The notes beneath the pieces are model-generated. The model made no database searches. It was given only the letters and a program-made list of their open reading frames with translations, and was not told where the DNA came from. Both the position numbers and the translations under genes were made by a program. DNA of 64,000 nucleotides from Klebsormidium nitens (lineage: Eukaryota > Plantae > Klebsormidiophyceae): contig DF237123.1 of assembly GCA_000708835.1 (NCBI GenBank), positions 62,001 to 126,000 of the forward strand, in the 5' to 3' direction. Numbering within the stretch: the stretch's first letter is position 1; every line of letters starts with the position of its first letter. Positions 13,494-27,100 of this stretch are shown here, in pieces.

Positions 13494-15925
13494 GTAAGTT
13501 GCACTGTCGGTGCCAATCACACTCCAATCCCGGCATCGGGGCCGAACAGTGGCTCCTTTTTTGTGAGCCTGGAAGGGGACAAGTGGCCTGAAGTTGGCCA
13601 GTTGATTCAGCAGGCCTTCAAATCAATGATCTAAGTTGATAGGCTCAATCCTCGCGTGAGTAGTCATGAAGGCACTGTCGGTAAGAAAGTAAAAAAGCAT
13701 TAGCAGGCTATGGCCAATGACGCCGAACGCGTCGTTCGGCTGAAAGGGGAGGTCAGCCTTGCTTCATGAGTCCAAGCGGTAAACTAGAAAGAACTTTATC
13801 ATTCCTGATAAGTCGTCTTCCATACTAGAAACTTTCACATACAATGATATAAAGCCTGCATGTGGCGTTGTCACCCTTACCTCCACTTTGCATAGAACAC
13901 CGCTTTTGCATTGGGGTTAAATTGTTGACATGCTTGTTATATCTTCTTCTGCAACTATTGGTCACTGAGGTTGACAGCAAAAGACGAAGTTTTAGGCCTG
14001 GTGCAGAGATAGGAGAGCCCTGCGCTCAGCCCTTGTACTGGACACATCTATGCAAAATTGCAATTCTTCGGGCTAGTCCTCAACAAAAATTCCCGGTTGT
14101 GCAGACATGGGGCACATCACTCCCCTTCCTTACACCCTTGTAGAAGTTTGATTCCTCTGATATTTGGTGCTGTCATGGTAGCTTTCTCTCTTTGATTCTT
14201 GGTGATGCAGCTTGTGCTGGCCTTGCAACCAGAAAACGGCCTTTCAAAACAGCAAAACCTGCTGCTGGTTCTACTCGTTCTCATGGTGTTGCTACGCTTC
14301 ATCGCCCTGAAGGAGTTTCACACGAAGGGATCGGCTGATAACCAGGCTCGTTGACCTGTTTTTAATCCTGTTATCCAATGAATGGACAGGTTGTCTAAAG
14401 TTATTACTTCTGAAGTCTGGTCAATGGACTTATAACCATCTTCTAACCAGCCGTACTCGACCATGCTTAACCGCTAAAAACCCCGTGTTATTTCATATAT
14501 GCAGGGCGGGCCACGAAAGTTGGGGTCGTCGTTGGCCCCATATGCTGTGGAGTGATCTGGGCTGAGGCCCTCTGGTAAGCTCGGCCACTTATCCCTTAGC
14601 GCTTATTTTACCTGGTCCTATACTTCAGCATTTTCCTGTATCAGGTTCCTCGTTGCTTGCGGTTGAGGTGCTCCTGATCACGTCTGTGTTGATGCTGCAA
14701 GCGTGCCGTTAGGAACGGACGAGTGTCATTTGCCACTCCAGAAACGAGCAGCGTCTGGTGTGTTTGGAGAGCCAGAAGCAGAGCGCTCTACCTGGTCTTA
14801 TCCAGATAGATCGTTCTTGTCGGTCTCATTGACAGCCACCAGGGAAAGTTTTGGGTCAGGCTTTGGGACTTGGGCCTTTTCTACAACAGAGATACCAAAA
14901 CCCCTTCTCTATCATCATCCACTTAACGGAGGTTTGGCGTGAGGCAGCTATGTCATTCTCTCGTTCTTCAGACTCTATGAGTACAAGCAGCGGGTGTTTA
15001 CTTCCAACATTCCCTGCTGTCTACACGAGTCTTGTCAATGCGGGGGGCACCCTGTCGATTGCCATTGATACCCCACGTCTGGCACACCTTTCCCCCGTTC
15101 TATTGATTTGTGCTCTGGCTTGCATCCATTTTTAGAGTTCGGCTTTACCTTGGAGCGGCGTTCATGTTGCTGCTTCATCTTAATCTCAATATTTGCCTGT
15201 TATCATCGTCATGTTGCACCGTTGCGTCTCTTGAGGTTGCGTCGCCTGCTGCGCTTTCTTGCTAGTTCAAGATCAGACGCGCTTTTCTGTCTCTGCAGTT
15301 CTGCTGAGAAGCTTCCTTCCAACTGGACGAGTCTCGGCCCTCTCATCGTGCCCCGGCTCACTGGACCCTTTTCGCATAGTAGGAAGTACTGCATAGATAC
15401 TGGTCGCATTTCGAGTGTACCATTCCTAGGCACATTTGGGGAGGGGCTCCCCCAGTCATTTCGTCAAGGCCTGGCCGAAGTGGATCTTACGAACGGGACA
15501 TGAGCGGTCGGCTGATGCAGAGAGCTGCATCACTGAGTGCACACAATTGGTCGCCTATAGTACGGTGGATCGAACGCCCTAGAGTAGACTTGCCTCCATA
15601 GATGCGTAGATCACAGTCTCGACTGCCTCACTTTGTAGACCACCGTTTGATCAGCTTCTGGCGCTCAGGATGATGCAACTCTAACCCACTGGCCCTCGGC
15701 AGATGTAGGGTAGCTGGACGTGAGATCGGATTGTTTTTTATGCGGATAACTTAGCGGGCGTTAAATAACGTGAGTCGTGTCCATTTTTGTTGTCTTCCAG
15801 GCTATCATGTGACATATGCAGCCCTGGCATTTGTTGGCATCCTCGTGGATTTGAGTCAGTTTATTTCGATTAAGTTTGTTTCAATTGTCATATCAGCAGC
15901 CGGCTCAGTGGCGGCTCGTTGCAGC

Positions 15926-16127
15926 AGGATCGACGTACGCCGGAGCATGCTCATTCAACAGTTTGCAAATATCCTTAATCGTACAGAAGAGACTGAGCGG
16001 GTTGCAATCTCAATCTTGGAAAATTATTTGGATGAGGCGGATGTGTCTAAATGTCTACAACTAAATATCTGTGACGCTAGAAATGAGCGCAACTACCCTA
16101 TAGGTCGTCGATCTTGGTCCTCTGAGG
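15926..16127 (+). CDS. Possible orphan internal exon (helical-looking peptide), unknown function
   Basis: Open frame DVRRSMLIQQFANILNRTEETERVAISILENYLDEAD...SSE, bounded approximately by CAG| and GAG|GTACTT. No partner exons or family identified. Confidence 0.25.
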
Positions 16128-16925
16128 TACTTGGACGATCTTGGACGTTTGGCGGGCGCGCGAGTTCCACACTTTGGGGAGATGGTTTGTCAATGCGTAG
16201 ATGGATCATGGCGATCCGGTGGCACTGAAGGCCGGGCAGCAATCTGGCATGAGCTGGCAATGATGAGCTTTTGCACTTCTATGCATCATACTAAAAGCCG
16301 CGATTGATTGGAAGTTACCATTGGCACAAGGGCGGCCGTCGGATTATTAATCGCATATAATGTGCACATGGGGCCATGCAGCTGGCATGGCTCATGCTGA
16401 TGCAGCTCTACAGCTATCTTAGTAGCACAGTGATGTGCCGGCCCGGCGACCTCCTCGGATAGCACATGGCGCGCACTTAATGTGCAAATCGCCATGTGCA
16501 TGGCTGGCTATAGGCGCAGTACATGCACTGAGTTGGCATATACTGCAACAATAGTGGACGCAGTACACGTGCCATGAACTGTGTCGGATACTGATGGACA
16601 ATAGTCGAACTTCGCCTCTTAGCAACTCAATTGCGCACAAAATTGACAAGCATGCACTGTATGCCATTAAAAGCCTATGGCGTCTATTCCGAAGAAGCAA
16701 ACAGGTAACTACTGTCGTTCTGGCTTTGAGAGAACTGATTACAACAGCATGTCATCAGCATGTGAGGGCAAGGGGACGGCAACATTTGAGTAGCAACTAA
16801 AGCATGCTCGTATTCCATGCTCGAGCATGAGGACCCGTTGATTTGAATACAAGACCTCGACATCATAAGCCCACAATGCCTTCTTGAAACGGTCACACTG
16901 TCTGCAGCGTACAAGGTGCACAAGC

Positions 16926-19900
16926 TTAAGCCTTGAAACCGCGGGAGTTTCTCCGACCACGAGCCTTCTCGAACTTCCTGCCCTTGGCGCGGACGAACGG
17001 CTTGGTGTGGCTGTGGGGCTGGCCGGGAGCGATGCCGAAATGCCGCACGGACTCGCGGGCGTTCTTGGGGCCGCGGAGAAGGATCTGCAAAATCCAAGAT
17101 CGCGGTGAGCAAAGAGACCAACGGACGGCTCGTACAACTGACGATCGGAAATTCTCGACACCCCTCCCTAATAGAAGCTCAGTTTGAACGAAACAATGTC
17201 CAACAAGACAGCAATCACCCTCATTCTCCTTGGAGCGTAGGTTCCAATGAGACACCAGATATATTCTCCAGAAAAAGTGGTTATCTGCAAGGTTTTCAAA
17301 AGGAGGGCAGTCAATCATCTCAGTTCAACACCATTGGCACAAGGGTGGTCCACACAACAACGAGTCAACAGCATAATTTGACGGATGCATATTGATCTGG
17401 AGTCAATCTCTTTTTCACGTTCCAATAAAAAGTCAGCGACAACAGTCTGCAAATAGCCTAGACAGTAATACACCATCGAGAGGCGATATATGAACATTTC
17501 GAAGCATGATTGCGCAGAAGTACGGAGAGTGCAAGTTTTCGCCAGAACATACAAGTAGCCAGCTAAGGAGGACTTGCGCTGCCTCCCTTTCTCAGAGATG
17601 ATAACTTGACTTACAAAGACTCAGACAAAGGCCAAGCGACCTCAATACTCGTTGATTCACACTGAATGAGAAGCTTTCAATCTTGTCATGGGACAAATCC
17701 TCGAACACCCAGATGATAGAGACAACTTTGTGCGACTCTGATGTGATAAATTCTTGTTCAATTTGCACAATACGAAGGTGGATCGACTCCTTGGAATTGA
17801 CAGCCTTGTTCGGTCAATCTGCATCTTCCAACCAATCAACTTTGTCTAAGATGCGAGATCCAGCACCTGAAACAGAAGCAAACACGAAAAGCCCTCAGAA
17901 GAGTCTTGCAGAAATGCTCACAGTGCCTGCACCAGTGGGGGCCCTCAGGGCGAGCTGATCGAAGGTGAGGACCTCGCCCCCCGCTTGCAGGATGCGGGCG
18001 CGGGCCGTCTCAGTGGCCTTGAGGCACGCGACCTTGAGCTTGGGGACCTCGTAGAAGCGCACGTCGTCCGTGATGGTGCCAACCACGACCGCAATCTTGT
18101 CCTCCTGAGGAAGGGAGAAAGAGTGTTTGTGTTTGTGGATGTCCGAAAAAACGATTCTGCTTGGTGAAGATCCGAGAGGTGCCGCTTTCTTGTTTTCTGG
18201 TCACTCAGCAAAGTGCCTTCTGCATGTCGGGGACTACTCTAGAAGCGGTGGTGCTGACCACTACAGCGACGAACACCGCAGCCATCTTGTCCTCATGGAG
18301 GGAAAGAAAAAGGAAAGGTGATTACATATAGCCAATTTACCAAGGTTACGTCTCAATACAATCAAGTCATTTAATCAGTAGCTGAGATCTTGAGCAAGTG
18401 TCCTCCACAATATGGCATCGCTCACGACGAAACCTTATCCTCCCTCAAAAGAAAGCGGGAGGTCGAACAGACCACACACTTTCCAACGTCCTTCTCAGAA
18501 CCTCGTTAAGCTACTACTCATGGCACATATCAGAGTAGGCATGTGGGTCCAATCTAACAGCACTGACGCTTGAGCCGCTTGACTCCCAAATATAGGTTGT
18601 TTGTATCTTCTTTTAAAAGCTGCTCTATGAGCAACAAAAGAATTCACGCACAGCTGCGGCACAGGATTGGCCCAGAGCCTTGAATGATTGACGTTGCCTC
18701 TGGCTAACGTGAAGACTTTGCAAGCATGCATGCTCACTAATCTACCCAACAAATGGTCACTTGGCTGCTTTGTACGCGTTGAAACTACCCATGATGAGGA
18801 CAGCCAACCATTGGTACAAGTTAGAGTACCTAAGACCAGGGCAAGACAACTGGCATATTGAATCCTTCATAGAAAAATGGGAGAATGGCGGCCTATTGTT
18901 GCTGCTACTGAACAGAGCTTATTAGGCTTACTATAGCAAGATTTCAAAAAGCTTCTAAGATAAGGTCCCCGTTGTGACAAATTTTACTGCCTAGTTGAAC
19001 CTGAAAGTGAAGCACATTCTGATGCTTTCCAGGTTTGAGATTCAACTGGATTTGTAACAGTCCTCACCTTCCCCTTCATGAACTTTGAGAGGCGGGAGAT
19101 GGAGAGGGGCGGCCTGTTGATTCTGCTCATAAACAGCCTCTTCAGGACCACTGCATTGAACTTGCTGTCGGTTCTGCGCACCAAGAACCTGTACAGCTGC
19201 AGAGACACAACGAAAGATGGGCTTAAGACCGAAACTACAACACCGTCCTCATGGCTCGCTTCCAGCAGTTCACTCCCTCTCTTTGCAAGTGACAAAAGTC
19301 TACAACTGCTTGTTGGCCATAACTTTGGCGACGCAGCTCAAGAAGAGCTAGCTAAGTAAGTGATAAACCGGTGCTCCCGGTCAATTGTAGATCACCGTTG
19401 CACTACACAATCAGTGCCCCGCCAACTCAGGAAGCTTCGGTCAACTCTGCTAAGTGTCTTTGCTTCCTAAGCCAATTGAAGATGGTAGAAAGTTGCTTCA
19501 ACCAGACTCAGCTGTTTGTGATGTTGCCGAGGCCGATCATTACCAATCTTTGTGGTCACAATGACAGTGGTCCTGTGAGTGAATCAACTGCGGCAAAGTG
19601 CTGTCCTGCTCTTATGCGCCAGCTCGTCCCAGAAATGTTTGGCAATGCACAACCTGGCAGGTTGCTCTCTACTTTGAAGAGCCACATGCTTGCTATCGTC
19701 GGACCACCTCCGAGCAGGTCAAAACTTCCCAGAAATACGTTCTGCGCATTTACTTGCATCTCTCTTGCCCCATGAGCAGCAGCAAACTTCTACTGTTAGG
19801 CCTCCACGCCCCAGAACTTCTGTTTCGATGGTGCGAAGAAAGATCATTGCTCCTTATTTCCTCCCATTCAGAACTTTGCTTGCCATGTACCCCGACCTAC

Positions 19901-20509
19901 TACGAACGATGTTGGACGATCTCCTCCTTGATGAAGAGACTAAAAGGGCTGCAACCTTTGATCACTGATTGCCCCACGATGAGCCATACTGCAAGTCTCC
20001 AGAACGAAACGATCGCTCTTGCTTGATCGCTCCCGCCGCAACAAACAGGCTCCTACCAGCTCACACACTGGTGTCCATGTTGGAAGACGTAACCTCTATC
20101 CCCTTACCTTGACCAGCAACTTCAGGTACACATTGTCACTCTTGGGAGCGAGCCTGGCAGTCTTCTTGTTGCGGCCCCCGGCCTTCAAGTCGATACCCTG
20201 CAACCAACCACAACTACCATTACCAACCGTTCTGATGAATGTACACAATTCCCGGAGAGAGGCCACAAGCAAAATCTGTCGATTGTAAGAGCTTAGTGCA
20301 CATGCCCCGTAATCAAGAGAGAAGGAAGCAAAGCAATCTAAAGCTGTCGCTGACAGCTTGCCCATGCAAACAATCTGGTAACGGTTTCTTTCGGAGCACA
20401 GAGAAACGCAGCCGTCGAGCACAGGAACATGTCATTGACCAAAGAAGGATGCACTGCGCTCGCTCGGATGCGGCAATCTCCTCCATGCGGGCACAGCAGG
20501 GCTCACCAT
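16926..20509 (-). CDS. RPL18: 60S ribosomal protein eL18 (L18), complete, 187 aa
   Basis: Exons (-): 20509-20507 (ATG only, GCCATG|GTGAGC), 20197-20108, 19196-19068, 18104-17922, 17084-16926. All GT-AG and phase 0. Translation [13 protein letters not shown]...[25 protein letters not shown]...RGPKNARE...[18 protein letters not shown] is diagnostic for eL18. Confidence 0.98.
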
Positions 20510-21194
20510 GGCTGCGAGAAGCCGCGCCCTTCCCCAGCGACTTCCGAAAGCGTGCTTGAAAGAGGAAGAAGCAAGGGCGGCGAACGCGAACTTGTTCAAG
20601 CACTTGGGAGGCCTCGTTTCAGTTGGACGCTTAGCCCGGTTTATATCGACGTCGAAATCCACGGCCCCTGAGAGCCTGCGGCGCTTTCGATGTCGGTATC
20701 TCTGTTTCCAAGAACAGGGCCCTGTCTCCAAATGCTCCTTGGAAATTCTGGTGCCAGAGCTTGTATCTTCGGTACTGGTGTCAAGCAGGGTTGTTAGGTC
20801 TCCCCTGCCGCGCCCTGTAAAAATGGTCTAGGCGTTGACACCATCTTGGAAACTCTGAGCACAACTTCGCTCTCTGACCAGTTCTTGTGTTCTTCGATCC
20901 TCCTCCAATTTCGGAGTCCACTGCATGACGTTGAAAAGCTAGCCTAGCCAGGCTTGAGCATCGACTCAAATGTTCACAGTCACCTAATCTTAGCGGCGGC
21001 CTGATCACATGCTAGCACAAGTCGCAAGCGATTCAGGAGTGCATTTGAAGAGTTTCTTTCAGGTTCTGCTGTCGTTCAGATCTGGATCCTGCGCCGATTG
21101 CTGCTGCCTGCTGAAGATCGGATGAGGCACCCTCATTTGCTGCTCAGAATGCATTTGTGGTAGAGTAGAGTGCCAGTGCAATCAAAAAGTTAAG
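20510..21194. promoter_or_regulatory. Short divergent intergenic region (putative bidirectional promoter) between RPL18 and BIG5
   Basis: Only 685 nt separate the RPL18 ATG (-, 20509) from the BIG5 ATG (+, 21195). Confidence 0.55.
20558..20571 (-). promoter_or_regulatory. Oligopyrimidine (5'TOP-like) tract upstream of the RPL18 ATG
   Basis: The minus strand reads CTTCTTCCTCTTTC about 50 nt upstream of the ATG, the usual position of a pyrimidine-rich start site in ribosomal-protein genes. The TSS itself is not observed. Confidence 0.4.
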
Positions 21195-24100
21195 ATGGCG
21201 GACGCTAAGGGAGCGTTTGTTACGCGGGCCTTGGAGAAGCTTCTCAAGGACTCAGCAGGAAGGAAGTATACAAGTCTTCAGAAGGCTTGCAAAGGGTACC
21301 TAGGTAAGACTCCCAGCTTGTTTGAGCAAAGTGCACCCATCCAACAAGTTTCATAGCTTCATAATCTGGGAGTCTATTGATCTCAGCTGTTCATTGCTGG
21401 TATAAGCACTATCTTTTTAGGGTTTTTGTTGAACATATGCTGTAGAAATGTAGGGGCGCTTCCTTGGCACCAATTGGGTGCATTGTGAAGTTCATTATGT
21501 GAGGTTGTAAGGGAGATCATCAGCCGGCAGCGGAACTTTCAGAATCTTTATACATAGCCTGCCGCTGATTGAATGAGACCTTCATGAGGTCTGAAGGAGC
21601 TCGGATTGGGGCTAACCAAATGTTCGATGGATGCAGAGCGGCCCCGACCCAAAGCAGCGCCTGCAAGTCCTGCAGCTACGTCAGGAGCACCACCGCCTGA
21701 CTCCCAGTGAGTTGAAAGCTCTAGAAACTTTTTTTAGTGTTGACAAGCTTCTGTTCAATCCTCGATTCGGTAGGGTCTGATTGTGGTGTCTAATGATTTG
21801 AGTGTTTTGCGTGAGAGCGCTTTCTGAGTTCCTCGAATTCTGTTCACTGGTCCGTCAAAAATACCTGTGTAGATCTGCTTTGTAATAAGCAACCCAGCTT
21901 GTGTTTATGATAAAACAGGTTGGATATTAGTGAGAGCACGCTTGGTCATTGCACTATTCCTGGAAACCATCCGTTCAAGCTCGGCTTGTGGGCTCACTGG
22001 CAGACAACCGCGAGATGTTGGATTGAGCGCACGTCTTGCCTCAACACATTCTTGATGTCAACATCTGATGCTCCAGTAAGGATAGGAGGAGGAGCACTTA
22101 GGTGAAACATGTAGCTGCGGTCACTACGGAACAGGATCACAGCGCATTTGCAACTCTGGCTAGGGTGCCCAGAGACGTGTCCAGTTGCAAGTGAGTCAAT
22201 CAAGCGGTCACAAGGACGAGGCAACCAAGCCACAAGCGTTGATATAAGCTCAAGTAATGTTATTGTCCGTACCACTCTGACTGGTAAAGCGGAGACTCTA
22301 CCAGGGAACTTAGAAAAAGCCACTGATCGCCCAGAACTACAAAAGGAGTCCAGCAAAAGATTCTACAAGCATCGCTTTGATCTGCAGAAAGGAGCCCCCA
22401 GCAGAAGCCCCCCCCCAAATCCCTGAGGAGCTGCACGATGTGTCCCTTGCCAGCCCCCGAACGCCAGTGGCCGGCACACCGGGGACCAAGACACCGAGCG
22501 CCCCAGCCAGTCCTGCTGCCACCTCACCCCCCGGGTCTCCTGGCCCAGCAGCGGGGGCCGCTCGAACCATGGCGGAGGCAGGGATGCAGCTCACGGAGAA
22601 AGACGCCGAGCTCGTCCTGCTGCCGCTGAAGCTGGCGTGCGAGTCAAAGCAGCCGAAGCTGGTTGAGACGGCGCTGGATTGCTTGCACGTGAGTTTCTTG
22701 AGTACTGAGATGATGTAGTTTGCGAATGCGGCTTGATAGCAGGAGCTTGAGCTGGTTCATGGCTGATTCTGCTGATCTCATAAGCATGATAAGACCGAGA
22801 TCTCAGTGTAGTGCCTATCATTGATTCAGGCAGACTCGTCAGCGCATTTCCCTTTCGAGATTGGTATTGGAACATCTGGGTCGCTCAGGACCAAAAGAGA
22901 TGGAAGCCAAGTACTGTTCTGTAGATGGCCACCTGGAAATAACGTCTTTCCTCAGGCTGTTGCCTGGGTTGCATCAGTATTTCCGTCTCCTTGAAAATGA
23001 TAAGGGTAATGACCGATGCTGCTATTGTTACATGCTGCGGCGAAATAGAAGTTGTGCACGGGAGGATGACGGAGGTGGTTTGCATCTGGTTCTTACAAAC
23101 TGCACATAATATTGCAGAAACTGATTGCTTACGGACACCTGGAGGGCGAGGCTGGCTTGGAGGCGGGGGGCAACAGCAAGATGAACACGGAATTGTTCCA
23201 GATGGTCTGCGCATCGGCAGACGTCCCGAATGACAGGTGAGCGGTGGGCTTAGTGCATCGCATGAGCATGATACCATCGCACCAGAGGGTTTCTGAGCTT
23301 TGTGCTTCCGGAAGAACCGTTCTGTGCAAAGGCGAGAGAGCCGAGAATTTCAGATGGTCAAAAAAATCGACTGCTATCCACTACAACTTTCGAGGCGTCA
23401 AAAAGGCTGGTCCTAGGTACATGAGAGCAACAACGAAGTACCTTCACGGTGACACAAGTTTGCTCATCCAAATATATGAAGAGTATGTTATCTACAACTT
23501 TGTTGACATGGCAGGTTGAGTTCAAGTCAACAACAAGGGCACGTGTGCTAGAGAAAACCCGTTTCTATGTTCTCAAAGTTGTGCTTTCTTCTTGCAGTGT
23601 GGTTTTGCAAGTCATCAAAGTCCTCCTGACTGCCGTAGCCTCTTCGACCTTCAAAGGTAAGCACTACTCGCCTTGTGAGTTGTTTTGTGGACTACAGAAA
23701 ATGCGAATTTGGTCAAAATGTCTGCTTTGGCCTGAATTTCATTTCTAAGCAAAGCGCCAGAGTCAGCTCTTGCCGACACCAAGTCCTTGAGAAATGCTGC
23801 AATACTACCATGCCATGCAGCTAAGCCACACAGTACAGACTTAAACATCGTTTCATGGAAGTTCTTTGACGGTAAAAAGGACTCCAGAATGACAAGCAGA
23901 CTCTTATTATTCTGCAGTACACGGAGAGTGCCTCCTCTTGGCGATCCGCACCTGCTACAACATCGCGCTAGGCAGCAAGAGCCCTATCAACCAGGCCACT
24001 GCAAAGGCGACCCTGACGCAAATGATCAACCTCGTCTTTCAGCGGATGGACCCGGAGTACAAAGAGGTAAATACCTCCGTGTTCCCCCTCATCCCCTTCC

Positions 24101-27100
24101 GTTCCGAGAATTAGCAGATTAACAACCGACCTCCTCTTCTCTACGTACTTTCTGTCCTTCCTAAGTTGCCACGTTGCGGAAGTCGAGTGTATTCATGCGC
24201 GAGCAGGGCTCGCTGTTAGAATCAGTAGTCATTAAGGGCATCCCTCAGGAGTCAACCCTCTCGAGCGTCGCAAAGTATGAAGCAGGGTTTAGCATGTAAT
24301 ATATCTTCTTAGTTTCACCTGCGTTTTGCCAAGGTCTGGCGCCACGTGGCTTCCTGCACGACCCTTAAATGGGACCCCATGAGTCGCTTTGTGTGACACT
24401 TTCGACACGCCCAATTCTTGTCGTTGCAGGCTGGCCCCCCGTCTCGCCACATGTCGCCGGTGCCTTCCCCCCGTCCGCCTTCGTCCCCTCGAGGCGCCCA
24501 CCCGCACCCCCCAACTCTGCACTTAGACGAAAAGAAGCATTTGCCACATGAGAAGACAGCCGAGGGAGACTCGGTTGCAAAGGAAACACAGAACGGGGGG
24601 CTCGAGAAGGAAGCAGCGAGCCCCCCGCCGACTCCAGGGCCGGCGCCCGTGCAGGTAAAGAAAGTCAAGCGCTCGTGTGAGGGTCTCAGAAGAAGAGAGT
24701 TTGGAGTTGTTCCGTGGGCAATTGAACGACATGATGAAGCTTTTACTTTGATTTGGTTTGGCGAGAGTCGCATGGCAAGCTACGTCGAGGACTTCGTTTA
24801 CTTGTCTGATTAGAGATTGATGCAATTTCACTTCGCTTGCGCGTGGATCATCACATCTCAACTCAACGAGACTTCATCGTCTGCTCAGTGTTGCTGCCAC
24901 CTTTATTTGTTCAGTCGAGAGACCGATTAAGGCACTTCTTGAGCCGGTCGAAGCAATCCCAGTTGCCCCTTTGCCCCTTTTTGGAGAGTTTTGGCTGTAC
25001 TTCCGCATGGTCAGCGAAGCGCCCGAATTCCCGCACGTCAGCATTCGAAGATTCAGAGGCTCCTGATTCTTTGAATGACGGTTCTCCGGGCAAAGTTGCA
25101 ATTCCTGCAGGCGAAACCAGTCGAGGAGGTCATTGATTAGCACGGACAGACGGGCATCCAAGCCGGAGGGAGATGAGCGTCAATCTGAATGGCTGAAGTT
25201 TGGGTTGCACTTTTTCCCAGGTCGCCTCCTCCGAAGCCTCTCCCAGCGACGCCGCCCCCTCCTCTCCCGCCGCTCCTGCCTCCCCCTCTGCGGCCGTCTC
25301 AATCGAGGAGCTCGCGCACCTGGCTGGAGACGCCGACATCAAGGGCCTCGAAGCGGCGCTCGACAAGGCGGTGCATCCGGACGGGGTTCCCGCAGGGCAG
25401 CACGGGCCGGAGGGCGCGGGGCCCCTTGACCAGCACAGCCTGACGCAGGCGGAGCGCAATGCGCTGATGGTGTTCCGGACGCTCTGCAAGTGAGTCATAT
25501 TCGGACGTTAGGGGCCTGCTCTTGGCGAAGGGAGCGTCTGCTTTCCTTGCTGCTAGACTCATCTCGACAAGTGAAATTCGAAGAAGCTCAAAATATCACA
25601 GGAGAAGTTCAAATTCGTCTGTTCGACAGGTACAGAGCCCCTCAGAAACTGTGACGTAGGACCGTCCTAAATTTACTCCTGTCGGTTGGCCGCAGGCTTT
25701 CCATGGCTGAGCCCAAGTCCCCCAGCGAAGCTGACATCATCACGCGCGGGCGCCTCCTCTCGCTCGAGCTCCTGCAAGCGCTGCTCGAGAACGCCGGCAA
25801 GGGCTTCGCCATCGTGCCCTGTTTCCTGGAGGCCCTCCAGAGCTACCTGCCTTACGCATTGCTGCGCGCCTCAGTCACGCCGCTGGCGGCCGTCTTTGAG
25901 CGGGCTGCGAGCTTGTTTGCGGGTGAGGGGGTGCACAGGGCTTGGCGTAAGAGGCAGACGGCGTTTCTTTGGCTCGGGCTCTCAGGTCGCGTCGCCAGCG
26001 AGTTCTTCTTGGAACGTGCTGCAAATTTGTATTGCGGGGGAGACTTTCTAAGAATTCCTGCTCTCAAAAGCGGAGTCGTCCGTATGGAGCTAACATTGCA
26101 TACGGTTTGATAGACCCTCCCTTCATTCCTAGTTGTCTCGTCTTCATGCTGAGGTGCGAGGCGATTGGACCCCACCCTCTGTTGTACCTCCGGTTTCTAT
26201 ACAAAGATGGAAAGTGGTCGTCAAAGGTTGCGCTCTTCCGTCTAGTGTTGATGCAGATTTCCGTAACTCTCCTTTGTGCTCGACTTTGTGCCACGCTCAT
26301 TTTCAGTCTCATCTTGATTCCCGTTTTTTTCTACTGTCAATGATCCCAGCAAGGCTGCCAAAGCGTATTCTTCCCTTTCAACCGGCAGGTGATTCCTTCT
26401 CGATTGATACAGATTTGAACCAGTGTTTCCCCTTCTCTGTGCAGTACTGCTGCTCAATTTCCGGCACCACCTGAAGGCCGAGATTGGCATCTTCTTTCCG
26501 CTCATCGTTCTCCGCTCGCTCGACCTGCCCGACTCTCCCCTCCATCAGCGCGTGGCCGTCCTTAAGTCTCTGCAGGCAAGTTGCCGGATATGTGACGTTG
26601 GGTTGCTCATACCTCGCCACGTGTCGACCTGCTCATATTTGCGCACTGCAAAGCACATGCCGCCATCATCGTGGCTCATCCGTACGATGTTCGCCAACGT
26701 GTGTGTGCAAAATGACCGTCCGCGTGGGCTCTTCGGATCATCGTACCTGGACGATAGCACTAGCATGCGTCTTGGTTTTGGTGTTTTAGTGTTTCAGGGC
26801 ATTGGCCACTTGAAAAGCTCAACTTTTTCATCTTCGGTCGCGCTTTCCAACTTCTTAATGCAGACCCTTTTGGGCGACCCCAGAGGCTTTGGACTTCTTC
26901 ATCGACCAAGCCTTCCTAATCCTAGAATTTCATCGTCCACTGTGTCTCATCATCGATCCTACACGGTTGCAGACCGCCTTTGCGGACCCCCAGACGGTGC
27001 TCGACTTCTTCGTCAACTACGACTGCGACCTGGACAGCACCAACCTCTTTGAGCGGGCCGTTAAGTCGCTCAGCCGGATCGCCCAGGTACGTATCTCGCG

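Noticed and set aside
14117-15503. Short ORFs and scattered splice-like signals on both strands
   Set aside because: No phase-consistent gene model could be built and no family was recognised.
17085-20107. Intronic box C/D snoRNAs expected in a ribosomal-protein gene
   Set aside because: By eye I found no correctly spaced RTGATGA...CTGA pair with terminal stem on the sense (minus) strand. A snoscan or Infernal search would be needed to exclude them.
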